This document shows, piece by piece, positions 48,985-61,055 of a stretch of 64,000 nt of DNA. The DNA comes from Lytechinus pictus (taxonomy: Eukaryota). The stretch lies in the NCBI RefSeq assembly GCF_037042905.1, contig NC_087246.1:7690001-7754000 (forward strand), in the 5' to 3' direction. Both the position numbers and the translations under genes were made by a program. Below the pieces are notes generated by a model. That model was not told where the DNA came from. It saw only the letters and a list, made by a program, of their open reading frames with translations, and did not search any database. Each line of letters begins with the position of its first letter. Within the stretch, counting starts at the first letter, position 1.

Positions 48985-49375
48985 TACCCCTTTCATAAAC
49001 CCAATAAAACCCAATTATGCGGCTAATAGCAGCATAATTTGGTCGTAAAATCAGAGGAGGACAAGAGTTATCCGCATTATTCTGATGCTGCTATTATCCG
49101 AATAATAGCGGCATCGGGACAAGATTTTTAGTTTATGAACGTATTTCCAAATAATGCAGATAATTGCCATGGTGCGGTCACCCTTTTCCAACACAACCGC
49201 ATCGGAGGGGGCATGTCCAGTTGTCATGACGATTATCCGCCTTTTTCAGGACTGGCGCACATAAAAATAATGCGGATAATTTTTGGAGTTGTGAACGCAA
49301 TTTTTATTGAATTATCCGCATTACTCTCAGGCGGCTAATTGGAAGATAGGTTTTTTTGGGTTTATGAAAGGGGTA
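48985..49375. mobile_element. PIF/Harbinger-like MITE
   Basis: TTA|TACCCCTTTCATAAACCC...GGGTTTATGAAAGGGGTA|TTA. Confidence 0.85.
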
Positions 49376-50743
49376 TTAAAGCAAGGTTCCTGTTTTAAGA
49401 AGTTAACTCTTTGCAGGTTACACTATAAGGCCTGGTTACACAATAAGCGCAGGTATCACACTTTAAAGCCTATCAAAGCCAGATTACTTTTTAATTCCAG
49501 GTTACATTATATAGGCCAGGGAGTGTTTCACAAAGATTTAATTATGACTTAGAGTCGCACTTAAATGCCTAGTTTTGCGCGGTATAAAAGCCATGACCGC
49601 ATTGGTCAGATCATGCAAAGAGGACGCCCACTATTGTGTATTGATCAAATACGCGTCGGCATTTAAGTGCGATTTAAGTCATACTTAAATCTTTGTGAAA
49701 CACCCCCCAGGTTACGTTAACCACGTTTCAGTTTTAACCTAGTTACTCTTTAATGTTGGGTTACATTACAAGGCAAGACTATATTATCAGGCCATGTTAC
49801 ACTTTTAGTCGGGTTACACTATAAGATCAGGGGTGTTTCAGAAAGATGCAAACCAGTTTAACAAAGGTTGCTTCTAACAACCGGAAAGCTTGCCTGATAT
49901 TTGCCGAAAATAGCAACAACTAATGTATGCAAAGTGAATTCCAAGTATTGAAATATCATTAATAGGTACAGGTTAATAGAATAACTCGTTACTAGGCCCC
50001 GATGGAAGAAACAACCATATATTTTACTATATTAGTAAACCGGTCTATTCCAGGGCGACACTGGTACCTATCTCCTGTTGGTGGCAAGCTGCTCATTGTT
50101 GGAAAGTGACCATTGCGCGTTGGATCTCATATCAAAAGTTTTTTATTAGAATATCTGTACAGTTTTATTGATCAAATTTGTATATATCCAATATATACAC
50201 TGTAGTATTCCTCTGGTAATTATAGAGTCAGAAGACATGGAACTGTAATTATTTTGGCTATATAGATCCATAATGTTTTGGATATTCATGTTTGTGCAAT
50301 CATCAATTTCAGGCTTCTGAATGTATCAGGATTGGGTTCTGGCTTAGTGGTCGAGGGTTTGCCTTTGCGTCTCACCCCCACCCACAAACAACAATATATA
50401 GTTGACTTGCCATATTGTATTTTAATAACTCAGGTATATGATTTTTTTTGTATTCTAAGAATGTTATGTCGTATATATAATGCTTTTGTCTAGTTTTGTT
50501 TTTAGGAGTTTCACAGAGTATTCATTTGCTTTATTTTGGTGCTTTGTTCTCCTTAACAAGATATATATAGCATCATTTTGCTAGTATATTTGTTTCTTTT
50601 GATTGCTCTTTCTTTTATGTACATATATTTTATAGAAACAGGCCCACTCCACCTCAAGTAAAAGGTTGTCTTGTACACATCGGGGTGTGGCCTTCTAATC
50701 TAAATTGTTTGGTCTTCCTTATGGTATGAGATATATGCAGTTT

Positions 50744-51326
50744 CGTATCCGGACATCTACCCCTTGGACATCCACCCCCCAGACATCCACCCCCTTAGGA
50801 CATCTACCCCCTAGGACAAGTACCCACTAGGACATTTACCCCCCGGACATCTACCCCCCCCCCCGGACATCTACCCCCAGACATCTACCCTCCGGACATT
50901 TACCCCACGTATCCAAAATATCCGGGAGTAGATGCCCGGGGGTAGATGTCCGGGGGGGGGGGTAAATGTCCAGGGGGTAGATGTCTGGGGGGTAGATGTC
51001 CGGGGGGTAGATATCCGGAGGGTAGATGTCCGGGGGTAGATGTCTGGGGGTAGATGTCCGGGGGGGTACATGTCCGGAGGGTAGATGTCCTGGGGGTAGA
51101 TGTCCGGGGGGTAGATGTCCTAGGGGGTACTTGTCCTAAGGGGGTGGATGTCCGGGGGTAGATGTCTGGGGGTAGATGTCCGGGGGGTACATGTCCGGAG
51201 GGTAGATGTCCGGGGGGTAGATGTCCTAGGGGGTACTTGTCCTAAGGGGGTGGATGTCCGGGGGGTGGATGTCCGGGTGGTGGATGTCCGGGGGTGGATG
51301 TCCAGGGGGTAGATGTCCTAGAATCG
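50744..51326. mobile_element. Foldback-type element made of inverted GGACATCTACCCC minisatellite arms
   Basis: C-rich units at ~50748-50905, G-rich complement at ~50925-51320; flanks TGCAGTTT / TGTAGTTT. Confidence 0.75.
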
Positions 51327-51656
51327 TGTAGTTTAATTTAAACTATTATTTGAACAGTTTTGTGGAGTAGAGTATTTGTTACCCATACAGATAACATGAC
51401 CTTTGTCTTTCTTAATCTAAGAGTTTTATGAAGTATATTGACGACTAGATTTGCTTCACATCTCAGTGTATTTTGTTGATTTTTTCTTCAATAAAGTTAC
51501 ATCAGCACTTTATATGCACATGTGTTTCTTGAGTGCTGTATGTACTGTATCTTAAGCTTATAATGACTTACATTCATTCATTCTATAATGTTTAAGCCTG
51601 GTGATGCTTCAGTTAGTTGATGTATGTCAAATTCATAGATGCCTTAAAATTAATGT

Positions 51657-51875
51657 TGGGGTGTTGCAAGAAAATATTTGCGATTAATTGCAAATTTATG
51701 ATGCAAATTTACAAGTAATAGATCAATTCAAACTAAAGCAAATCAATTTATACTTGTTGATGCGAAAAGCAGGCCATCAGTCAGTCGAAAATTTGCAATG
51801 AAATGCATGAATTTCAATTGATTTTGGGACCTGAAGTTGACTTGCGATCAATTGCAAGTTTCTTGCAACACCCCA
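51657..51875. mobile_element. Short MITE
   Basis: TGGGGTGTTGCAAGAAA...TTTCTTGCAACACCCCA. Confidence 0.75.
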
Positions 51876-52162
51876 TAAGAGTACAGAATATAAGAATAAT
51901 GTGTGTGAGCACCAGCACTGGTATGAGGCAAGTAAAAGTATTGTGAAAATATGAAAAGATGTGACGAATATGAGAAAAGATGAGCATGAGAAGACTGAGA
52001 AACATCTAAATTATCTTTGAACCAGGACTTCGATTTAGCCTATTTATAGAGAAATGCTATGCACAGAGGCCAAAAATCAAAAGAAATAAAAAAAGATATC
52101 TGCAGATCTTGCTTTTCTTCGTTTACAAATAAACAATTTTTACCAAAGAGTTTACCTTATGA

Positions 52163-52720
52163 AGGGATGGTCCCAGCTGTAGATATTTACATATCAATAC
52201 ATAGAGTAAAATTCACAAAGCAAATTGCTGAAAGTTTTATAAAAATCGGATAACAAATTAAAAAGTTATTGAATATTAAAGATTTGCATTTTGCCGGTGA
52301 AATAGTTCTAGGCATGTATTTATGAACATTCATTAGGTAGGCTGATGATATTCTTTCCCACTTGTTCTTTTGTATTTCATTATATGAAATTAGGTTTATT
52401 CAAAAAATTGGATTGACAAGTGATTAAGTGCATTAGTTATTTACTGCCGCAACTTATTTCATCATAACGGAGACACATCATTTACACATGTATGAAATAA
52501 TGAAACAATTATGATTTCATGTAATAACATAAGAAAAGGGAAGTTGGGATGTGACATCTGCCCACCTAATGAATATTCATGACGATGTGCATATAACTGT
52601 TCACAAAATATTGATAAAACTTCGTTATTTGTTATCCGATTTCGATGAAATTTTCAGCATTTTGCTCAGTGAATTTATCTATTTATTTAGGTATAAATAT
52701 TTTCAGCCCGGATCATCATT
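52163..52720. mobile_element. Kolobok-like palindromic MITE
   Basis: AGGGATGGTCC...CAGCCCGGATCATCATT|TTAA; halves mutually complementary; relative at 18892. Confidence 0.7.
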
Positions 52721-52854
52721 TTAATGAGGATTTGTTTTGCGACTATTTGAAATGCTAACTTTCATTTCTGACATGGCAATAAATGCAGAAGTTTATAACA
52801 TATGTGTAATCCTGCTTTGTTTACTATTTATGAAAAAAATGGTTAGCTTATTAA

Positions 52855-53487
52855 AGGTCAAGTCCACCCGAGAAAAACATTGATTTGAATAAGTAGAGAT
52901 AAATCAAACTAGCATTACTGAAAATTTCATCAAAATCGGATGTAAAATAAGAAAGTTATGACATTTTTAAGTTTCGCTTATTTTTCACAAAACAGTGATA
53001 TGCACAACTCAGTGACATGTTAATAAGACAGTCGATGATGTCCATCACTCGCTATTTCTTTTGTTTTCAATTGTTTGAATGATAAAATATTCATTTTTTA
53101 CAGTTTTAACATTAATGACCAACTTGACTAAACCATATTTTGCACCCCTGCGTGAAAACTGAAATAAATAAATATAGCATTAAATAATTCTAATTCCACA
53201 CGTTCAGGGAGGAATTAATCCTTGTATCACTTGACAATAAGGAGAAAATGAGAATGTTTCATATTTCAGATAATAAAATACAAAAGAAAGAATGGATGAA
53301 GTCATAAGTCTCCTTAGTTGCATACTGACCAGGATGTGTATATAACTGTTTTGTGAAATTACGCGAAAGTTTTAAATGTCATAACTTTCTTAATTTTCAT
53401 CCGATTTCGATGAAATTTTCAGTGTTATGCTTGCTAGATTTTCATCTTTTGATTCAAATCAACTTTTTGTTGGGGTAGACTTGTCCT
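52855..53487. mobile_element. Kolobok-like MITE with TTAA TSD
   Basis: TTAA|AGGTCAAGTCCACCC...GGGGTAGACTTGTCCT|TTAA. Confidence 0.82.
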
Positions 53488-54358
53488 TTAACAATTAAAA
53501 CCACTGTCGTAAAGAAGGGGACTCTGGCTCTATTCCCTCAAAAGTTCCAAAATTGGAGATAGAAATAAAATAAGAAAGAAAAAGATATTGAGAAGGGAAA
53601 GGGTTCAATGAGTCATTTCCTTTTTTATATATGCGCTAGCTACCATTTGGTACAAGTGCAGTCCACAGGGGAAAGGCGTGCACCCCATGAAAGTTGGAGG
53701 GGAGTAAAAAAGGGAATTTATATGTCAAAATGGGCATTTGGTGCAAACGGATATTTTCACCATGAGAATATCATCTGCGTGAAGTAGTTGTGAGTTTTGT
53801 GATACTTAAGTTGAGCAAAGCCTTCAGGACTAGTGATTGATTACATAATTTTACGTAGGCTTTATTTATAAATGGTCAGGAAAAAATTAAAACCTGAATA
53901 TGTGAAATTCGATTTTTGGTCAATTGTGGTGATTACTGTCAAAAGAGCATCCTTGCGAGATGTTACAGGCGCGAATCACCATCTCAAACTTTTGGATATT
54001 TTATGTAATAAGACAAGAAAATTACTACCAGTGTATCAAATTAACTAAAGAATTTACACAAGCGCGAAGCGCGAGCATTTATTGACTGATGAATAGGATA
54101 CATCTAACAAATCGGATAGGGAAGAGTGGAGCTAATCCGCCCCAGGTTCAAGTCCGCCCACCACTTGATTCGACACTTTGCTGTGACTGGATGTAGGTTT
54201 TGTTGATGTAACGTTAACATGCCCAAGGTAGCAACATAACTTGGTGCTAGGTCATCTGTTCGGAATTTCAGAAAACTATTGAAGGCGACTCCTCCATTTC
54301 GAGGCCATTTGTAAAATGAAATGTCTTGTATCTTTTGTATAGGCACTCATGAATGCAG

Positions 54359-54360
<2 letters not shown>

Positions 54361-54440
<80 letters not shown>
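54361..54440. repeat. (AT)n microsatellite
   Basis: Direct reading. Confidence 0.97.
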
Positions 54441-54443
<3 letters not shown>

Positions 54444-54898
54444 TGAGTGATATTTGTTGCTTACTGAAATATGCATTTGATATTTTAAAATATGTAAGTA
54501 TCCTGTAAGTTTTGCGAAAAACAAGGGAACAGAAAATGGCTGCATATATCGTTTTACAAAAAAGGGTTTTCAAAATGTTTAGAATGTCCAGTGTCTAAGT
54601 TTCTATTATTTACAATCTTTCTCGCGTTTCGCGCTAGCATCAAAGATATTCATGTTTCTGGTGTCAAAAAAAATTTGAGGTCGCGATTCGCACTTAAATA
54701 ACTCGAAATAATGCCCTTTTTGAAACTGATTAGCACCATGAAGCGGATTTTGCAACTTCAGATTTGAAACTTTTCCAAAGCACTTGCATGCTATACTCTC
54801 TCGCGGAAAAGAGCCTATATATCTCAGAAATCACTGAGTTCAAAAGACTCTCCTCAACCTATAAATTACTACAAAACATCCAACTACTTCATGTAGAG

Positions 54899-56566
54899 CA
54901 TGGGCGGAAATCCCAGGGGGACGTGTCCCCCCCCTACTCAGAATAGTAGGGGGGACATAATATCAAATGTCCCCCTACTATTTTTGGTCTTTAATGATGG
55001 TAAGACATACATTCTAAATCGAAATAAAACATGTATTTTGGGACGAGATGACCTTATTTTGGCGATGATAACTTTTTTTGTCAAATTTCCCCGCCCCTTG
55101 ACCCCATAGGCGGATCCAGGAAGCCGAAAGGCCCGCCCGCCCCCCCCCCCCCCTCTTGGCGGAGCAAAAAATGGAAAGAAAGAAGGAAAAAAGGAGGGAA
55201 ACGAAAGGAGCAAAAGAAGAGAAGGACGGGTGCATAGGATAAGATGAGGGGAAGACTTGGAAAATAAAAAGAATCTTTCGTGCCACTATATAATATTTTC
55301 GCTCGCGCTTCGCGCTCGCATTGCCTGCTGGGTGATTTACATATCTTGTTCAATATGGAGTTCGAGTAATTAGTTATGGAACTCCAATATACAAAACATA
55401 TTTCCCCTCAGAAATCGAACTTTCACTATTTTGTGTAATTTACAAATTGTTTTTTTTTTAAGTGCTCAGTAAGAATGTGAGTTTTATGGTCTAAATGTCA
55501 ATATTTGCTGTTTGCGCTGCGCGCTCGCAAATTTTGATCGATCAGGTACCTATTATTTTCGTGTATTCCATAAAGTTTTCAAAATATCCCTTTTCAAGTC
55601 TGATTGTCAAGACGTATCAGCTAGTGCGCTGCACGCTCACATTTTGATTGGCGATTTATATAAATGTTTCAACATTGATTATACAACAAACTAATTAAAA
55701 TCCCCTTTTCATGACAGTTAATAAAAAATTAGCTCGCGATTTGCACTCGCATTAATGGTTAAAAATATATTAACTGATGCATCTTATTCATATAATCACA
55801 AAAGTGAAATGTCGAGTTTTGATGCCATGATTTCGCGCCCTCATTATATAGGCATTAATAATTATGATATTAAACAGGTACCAGTTCAAAACGTATATAA
55901 AAATTTTCTGCTCTCGCTTTGCACTCGCATTATTAATACTCATCATTTTCAGGATTTACAAAACATAATTAGAGTGTCTCGTTCAGTAAATATTATAGGA
56001 CTAAATCTCGAAATTTTCTGCTCGCGCTTCGCGCTCGCATTAATTGTTTACTTATATACCTATTCTGATTGTGTTACAAAAAGTGCTTAGAATGTCCATT
56101 CTTTAGGTGAAGATGTAAAAAAAAATTCAGCTCGCGCTTCGCGCTCGCATTATTTGATTGTTAAATGCTACTTTAACAGGTATCTTTTCCATCAGTTCAT
56201 TTATGCTCGCGCTTTGCGTTCGTGGTAATTATTAATTTGGATACACATCTTTTTCAGGATAACAAACTTTGCCCAGAAACAGTTCAAATTATAGGAAAAA
56301 ATACATAAAATTTCCAAAAAAATTAGCTCGTGCGTCGCGCTCGCATCATATAAATAAGGATTATGATATTATATATTAATTAAGAGTAAAGCTAAGAAGT
56401 GACTGAGGACTACCCCTTCAAAGAAACAAACAAAAAACATCTTCGAGCTGCCGATCGAGGAAAATGAATGGCTGAAACAAATTTCCGCCCCCCCCCCCCC
56501 CCTATTGACGAAGGCTGGATCCGCCCCTGTGTCCCCCTTACCTTTTGGGAGAGATTTCCGCCCCTG
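54899..56566. mobile_element. Small hAT-like MITE hosting the 55105-56529 insertion
   Basis: CATGGGCGGAAATC...GATTTCCGCCCCTG; 8-bp TSD ATGTAGAG at 54891-54898 and 56567-56574. Confidence 0.87.
55105..56529 (-). mobile_element. Reversed copy of the 28480-30067 family
   Basis: CATAGGCGGATCCAGG...GGCTGGATCCGCCCCTG; colinear reverse complement of 28480-30067. Confidence 0.85.
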
Positions 56567-56719
56567 ATGTAGAGGGTAGTGTCATGGTAACACGTTTGCA
56601 CCAAAATGCAAATCTTGACATACTAAGTACTCTTTTTTGTCTATTTGCCCCCTCCCCTCTCCAAACGAAAATATATGTTCAGAGCAGCCCCTGCTTTTTT
56701 TTTGGGGGGGTGTAGTCCA

Positions 56720-56903
56720 TTAAAAAACATCTTTCTCATCACAAAATAAGAGATTAAAAAAAGTGCAGCATATTTTTCATTTAGAGAAAATCATAGGTGA
56801 TCGATCGTGTGCGTGTAGTAAAAAAAACATATTTCTCATCACAAAATAAGATATTAAAAAGAGTGCAGCATATTTTTTATTTAGAGAAAATCATAGGTGA
56901 TCG
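56720..56903. repeat. ~100-bp tandem duplication near the right end of the 18.5-kb element
   Basis: TTTCTCATCACAAAATAAGA...GAGAAAATCATAGGTGATCG occurs twice. Confidence 0.85.
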
Positions 56904-57914
56904 TACATGCAGTGGATCCTATGCGTGCATCCTGTGCGTTGGTGTACAAACAAATGGTACCAAACAACACATAGGCAGTGCGCGCACACACTGGACATAT
57001 TTTCAATAAGCTAGGGAGCGAGTTACGCTATAGCATGAGTTTACACTTTAAGACCTTAACATACGTGTGTGATATCACAGATCTTGGTCGGATTGCCGAT
57101 GGGAGGATCTACAACATGACACTATAGTGATCTCAATTATATTCAAATGCTCATAACTTTCTTATTATTCATTCAATCCTCCTCAAACTTTCAACAATAT
57201 GTTTCTTTGATTTTCTCTTTGATATGGATTTAGCTGGTTTCGAGGGTTTCATTCTCCTTTAAGTACTTTGTTATAGAATCATATATTAAGATATACATAA
57301 CTCATCAATCAAAATGCGAGCGTGCAGCACTTGCTGATACATTTTGACAATCTGACTTGAATAGCGATACTTGAGAACTTTATGGAATACAGGAAAATAG
57401 TAAGTACAGGTACTTGACAAATCAAATTTTTGTTAATATTCAGACCATAAAACATGAATTTTTACAGAGCCTAAAAAAATCAATTTGTAAATCAAGCAAA
57501 ATAATGAAAGTTCGATTTCCGAGCTGAAATACGTTTTGTATATTGACTTCAAAATTTTTAAGCTCCATATTGAGCAAGATATTAAATCATCTAAAATGCA
57601 ATGCGAGCACGAGCGAAAATTTTATATAGTGATATGAAAGATTTACAAAAAAATATTTTCAAAGTCTTCCCCTCATCTTATTTTTATTCACTCGTCTTCC
57701 TCCTATATTTCCCTTTCTTTTTTCTACTCTCTTTTCCCTGACTTCTTCTTTTCTTTCTTTCCCCCTTTTTTTGTTCCCCTAGGGGGAGCATGCCCCTAGC
57801 CCCCTGGATCCGCCTATGAACACGGTGTTACATCTGCTCTCGAAGAGGGTAGCCACAATTGGAAAGATCTTTTTTCTATCATGGCAAGGATGTTCTTCGT
57901 TGAAATGTTAGCCA

Positions 57915-60084
57915 CAGGGCCGTAGCTAGAGGGGGGGTATGGGGGTGTGACACCCCCCCCCCCCAACATTCATGGCAGTCGGCAAAATCATGTACCAGTT
58001 GGCAAAATGGAGGATAGGGGAGAAAAAGGAAGAGAAAAAAGAAAGAAGGAGAGAGGGGAGAGAAAAAAAAGAAAGAGAGAGGGAGAGAGAGAAAGAAAGG
58101 AAGAAAGAAAAAAAGAAAAAAGGAAAGAAAAATAGGGGTACTAACTTTGAAGAAGGTTACGTCTTGTAGAGTAAAGACAATCAGTTGGCAAATCCAAGTC
58201 CATGTAGCCAGGCTTAGAGCCCTACTAGTCAGCAAAATACAAAGGACAAAACAGATGGAGCTATAATAACACACAAAGTAAGCCCCCCGGTCCTCCCCCA
58301 ATATAAACAAGCTTGTGAGTTTGCAAATTATACCACAATTATTGACGATTTAACAAACACATTAGTTTTGTAAAATTAGAAGCAAGACTAGGTAAATAAA
58401 TATGGGGTGGGATGAATTTCCAAGGTTTTTAAGTTGCATAATCAAAGCCAAAGTATAGTTGGCAAATTATAAAGTGGGCCTATTAAAGTGGCAGAACACT
58501 ATACGCTCTACCAGTCAGCAAAGTGATGTACAAGTACTGCTCCGTTTCAGATCTGAAAAGAACAGAACACAAGACTTAAAAAAATGGTAACTCTGCAGTT
58601 GGTAAATTCATGAATACAAGCCTACAACTTGTAGACTTGTCTACAAGTTTGCAGTTGGCAAAAAACACAAAAATGTTTTAAGTTATTTTTACTAAATTCT
58701 GTCGCCGAAGATTTTTTTATTTATGGTGTCAGAATGTGCTTGGGGTGGGGATGGGTGGGAGTGGGGGCAGGTTGGGGTTGCATCATTCCTGGTGCTCGCA
58801 TTGTCTGACTAATGAGATATATAGTCCTGTTGTATTTTAAGTCCATAAAGATTATGCACCAAGTTATCTCCTCGCACTTCAAGTTATTTTTATGACTATA
58901 TACTTAAAGTGATTGCCCCCTTTTAAGGCCTTCATAAAACATTTTCAGTCTGTGCTTACGTTCGCAGTGGTGTGGACCGATATAGATACCGGGCTGGTGT
59001 TAAATCAACACCGGCGTTTTTGCAGTGCACGAATTCCTAAAGACAGTCCTTAAAATGTCCCTTTTTCTGATCTAATTATAACAAATTTTCAGCTCGCGCT
59101 TCGCGCTCGCATCACTTAATTAGTGAAATAATAAATTCCTACAACAAGCCATAGAATGCCCCTTTTCAGGTCTGAATTTCAAAATTGTCAGCTCGCACTT
59201 CTCGCCCGCAATATTTCATTAGTCAAATACGTATTATGTTCATGATTACAATGACCACAAAAAGTGCTTCATGTGTCAGTGTAATTCTAACAAAATCAGC
59301 AAGAGCTTGGCGCTCGCATTAGATGACTATGATGAGATACGTACGCACTTCATATATTCCAAAAGATAGTCCTTAAAATGTCACTTTTTAGGGTTAATTT
59401 ATACAAAAAATTTCAGCTCGCGCTTCGCGCTCGCATTGTTTTGTGAGACAGGTACGTATCATGATTACAAAACTTTGCTTATAATTTTAGGAATGAATAT
59501 CAAACATTTTTAGCTCGCGCTTCGCGCTCGCATTATTTGATCACTAAGATACATATCCGTTTAATGGAACAGTCCTTAAAATGTCTCTATTAGGGCAGTA
59601 TACCTGGCAATTGAGCGCGCTTCGCGCGCCCACTTAATGACTCAAAAATTTTGCTGGTGCCCCCCATGCCGTGACCCACGGTACGCCAAAGTTAACAGTA
59701 GCACTCTTGAAATTTTAGTTGAGACATCTTGCACAGAAGGTCAATTAAAAATTAACAAATCTTTGATTTTGATATTATTAATGCATAGGGTATATCATTA
59801 TACTGCAAGTTAGCAACTACCGCACAATAGCCTTTCTATTCTGATCCAAAATGTTTATTTTAACAGTGCAAATATCTTTGTATATCTTTGTATAATTCAC
59901 CTTAAAGTATTCACCAAATGCCACTAATTCAATTCTAAAAAAATCTTTTAGCATGTGATTATTGTAGGGGGGCACATCCCCCACCAGACTCCCCCTGTGC
60001 TCGCGTTGGCGCTGTCACGCCAAATTTAGTTGGCAAATTTAGCTGGTACACCCCCCCAACAAATTGCTTCTGGCTACGGCCCTG
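57915..60084. mobile_element. hAT-like non-autonomous element with GTTGGCAAA repeats and a nested reversed fragment (~59030-59690)
   Basis: CAGGGCCGTAGC...GCTACGGCCCTG; 8-bp TSD GTTAGCCA at 57907-57914 and 60085-60092. Confidence 0.88.
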
Positions 60085-61055
60085 GTTAGCCAAAGTAGGG
60101 TCATGGCCAAATACAGGCCTAAATGATATTTTCTACACAGAAAAACAAATCTCTTCAGCTTATCTGTTTCGGTTTCGGTTGATGTGATAGTACATGTAAG
60201 GTAAATATTGGCATTTCACTTTTAGTTGATTATTAACGCTTCACATAGTTCATTAACCATGCAAGCTATTAGATATAGCATATTTATAGCTGTACTTTAT
60301 TCGAAATGATGACTCAAATGTCATTATCTTTTGTCGCACGTACAAACACTAAGATAACATACACGCTAACTGATTTGCTTACAACGATCATATCCCTATT
60401 ATCTTCGTTGTGTAATTTTATATCCATTATTTTTAACGTCTTCAGATTCCTATGAGTATAATACCTACAGAGAAGCAACATACAAGGAAACATACGTATT
60501 CCGTGCTATCAATCACAAAATGAGAACATCCTTTGTATAGGAAAATGTATTCTGCCTCTACCTGCATGGACAACAATTTCATATCACTTTCTCTCTCTCT
60601 CTCCCTTCCTCTCTCTCTCTTAATCGACAAAAGAAGAGACTGTCGTATTCAAGGTGTCGTGACCGAGTGGCATAAGGCGCAATAATGAAATTGAAATATT
60701 GTATAATTCAAACAATAAAGGCACCATCGATTCTGTGCATATACTGTATAGCTGTTTAGTAGAACATGAGCAAAATTTTAAAATGCCATTAAACGTTCTT
60801 ATTTTGCATCTGATTATGATGAAATATTCAGAGTTATGCTCAACTAATCAACATTTTTCACGGGCGGACTTGACATATAACTTTTATGTCATAATTTGCC
60901 TTTTAAGTGAAATGGGTAGGGGCAAACAATACGACTAAGAGAGCAAGTCTTTCTTTTCTTTTTTAGGGAGGGGGAAATGTGCCTTCCTGTCCCCTCGGTT
61001 CCGCCGTCACTGGATGGACTGCAACAAATCCAACCAAATTTATTTTAGACCTATA

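Larger units (their letters stand above)
38590..57061. mobile_element. Large (18.5 kb including nested inserts) TIR element with TGT...ACA ends and 6-bp TSD
   Basis: TACGTG|TGTTAAGGTCTTAAA...TTTAAGACCTTAACA|TACGTG; shared subterminal GCGTAACTCG and GCGCGCACTG motifs. Confidence 0.75.
38193..57258. mobile_element. Kolobok-like palindromic MITE (TTAA TSD), split by the 38590-57061 insertion
   Basis: TTAA|AGGAGAATGAAAC...GTTTCATTCTCCT|TTAA; halves are 38193-38589 and 57062-57258. Confidence 0.8.
37700..57818 (+). mobile_element. Third copy of the 28480-30067 family, split by a ~19-kb nested stack
   Basis: ~37700-38192 matches the left part and 57259-57818 the right part (ending CTGGATCCGCCTATG); the intact site TGGGGATTTTAAGTA is at ~29481. 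Confidence 0.75.

Noticed and set aside
57879..58310. Phe-rich and Lys/Glu-rich ORFs (also at 19223-19618 and 54938-55353)
   Set aside because: Polypurine/polypyrimidine tracts at transposon ends
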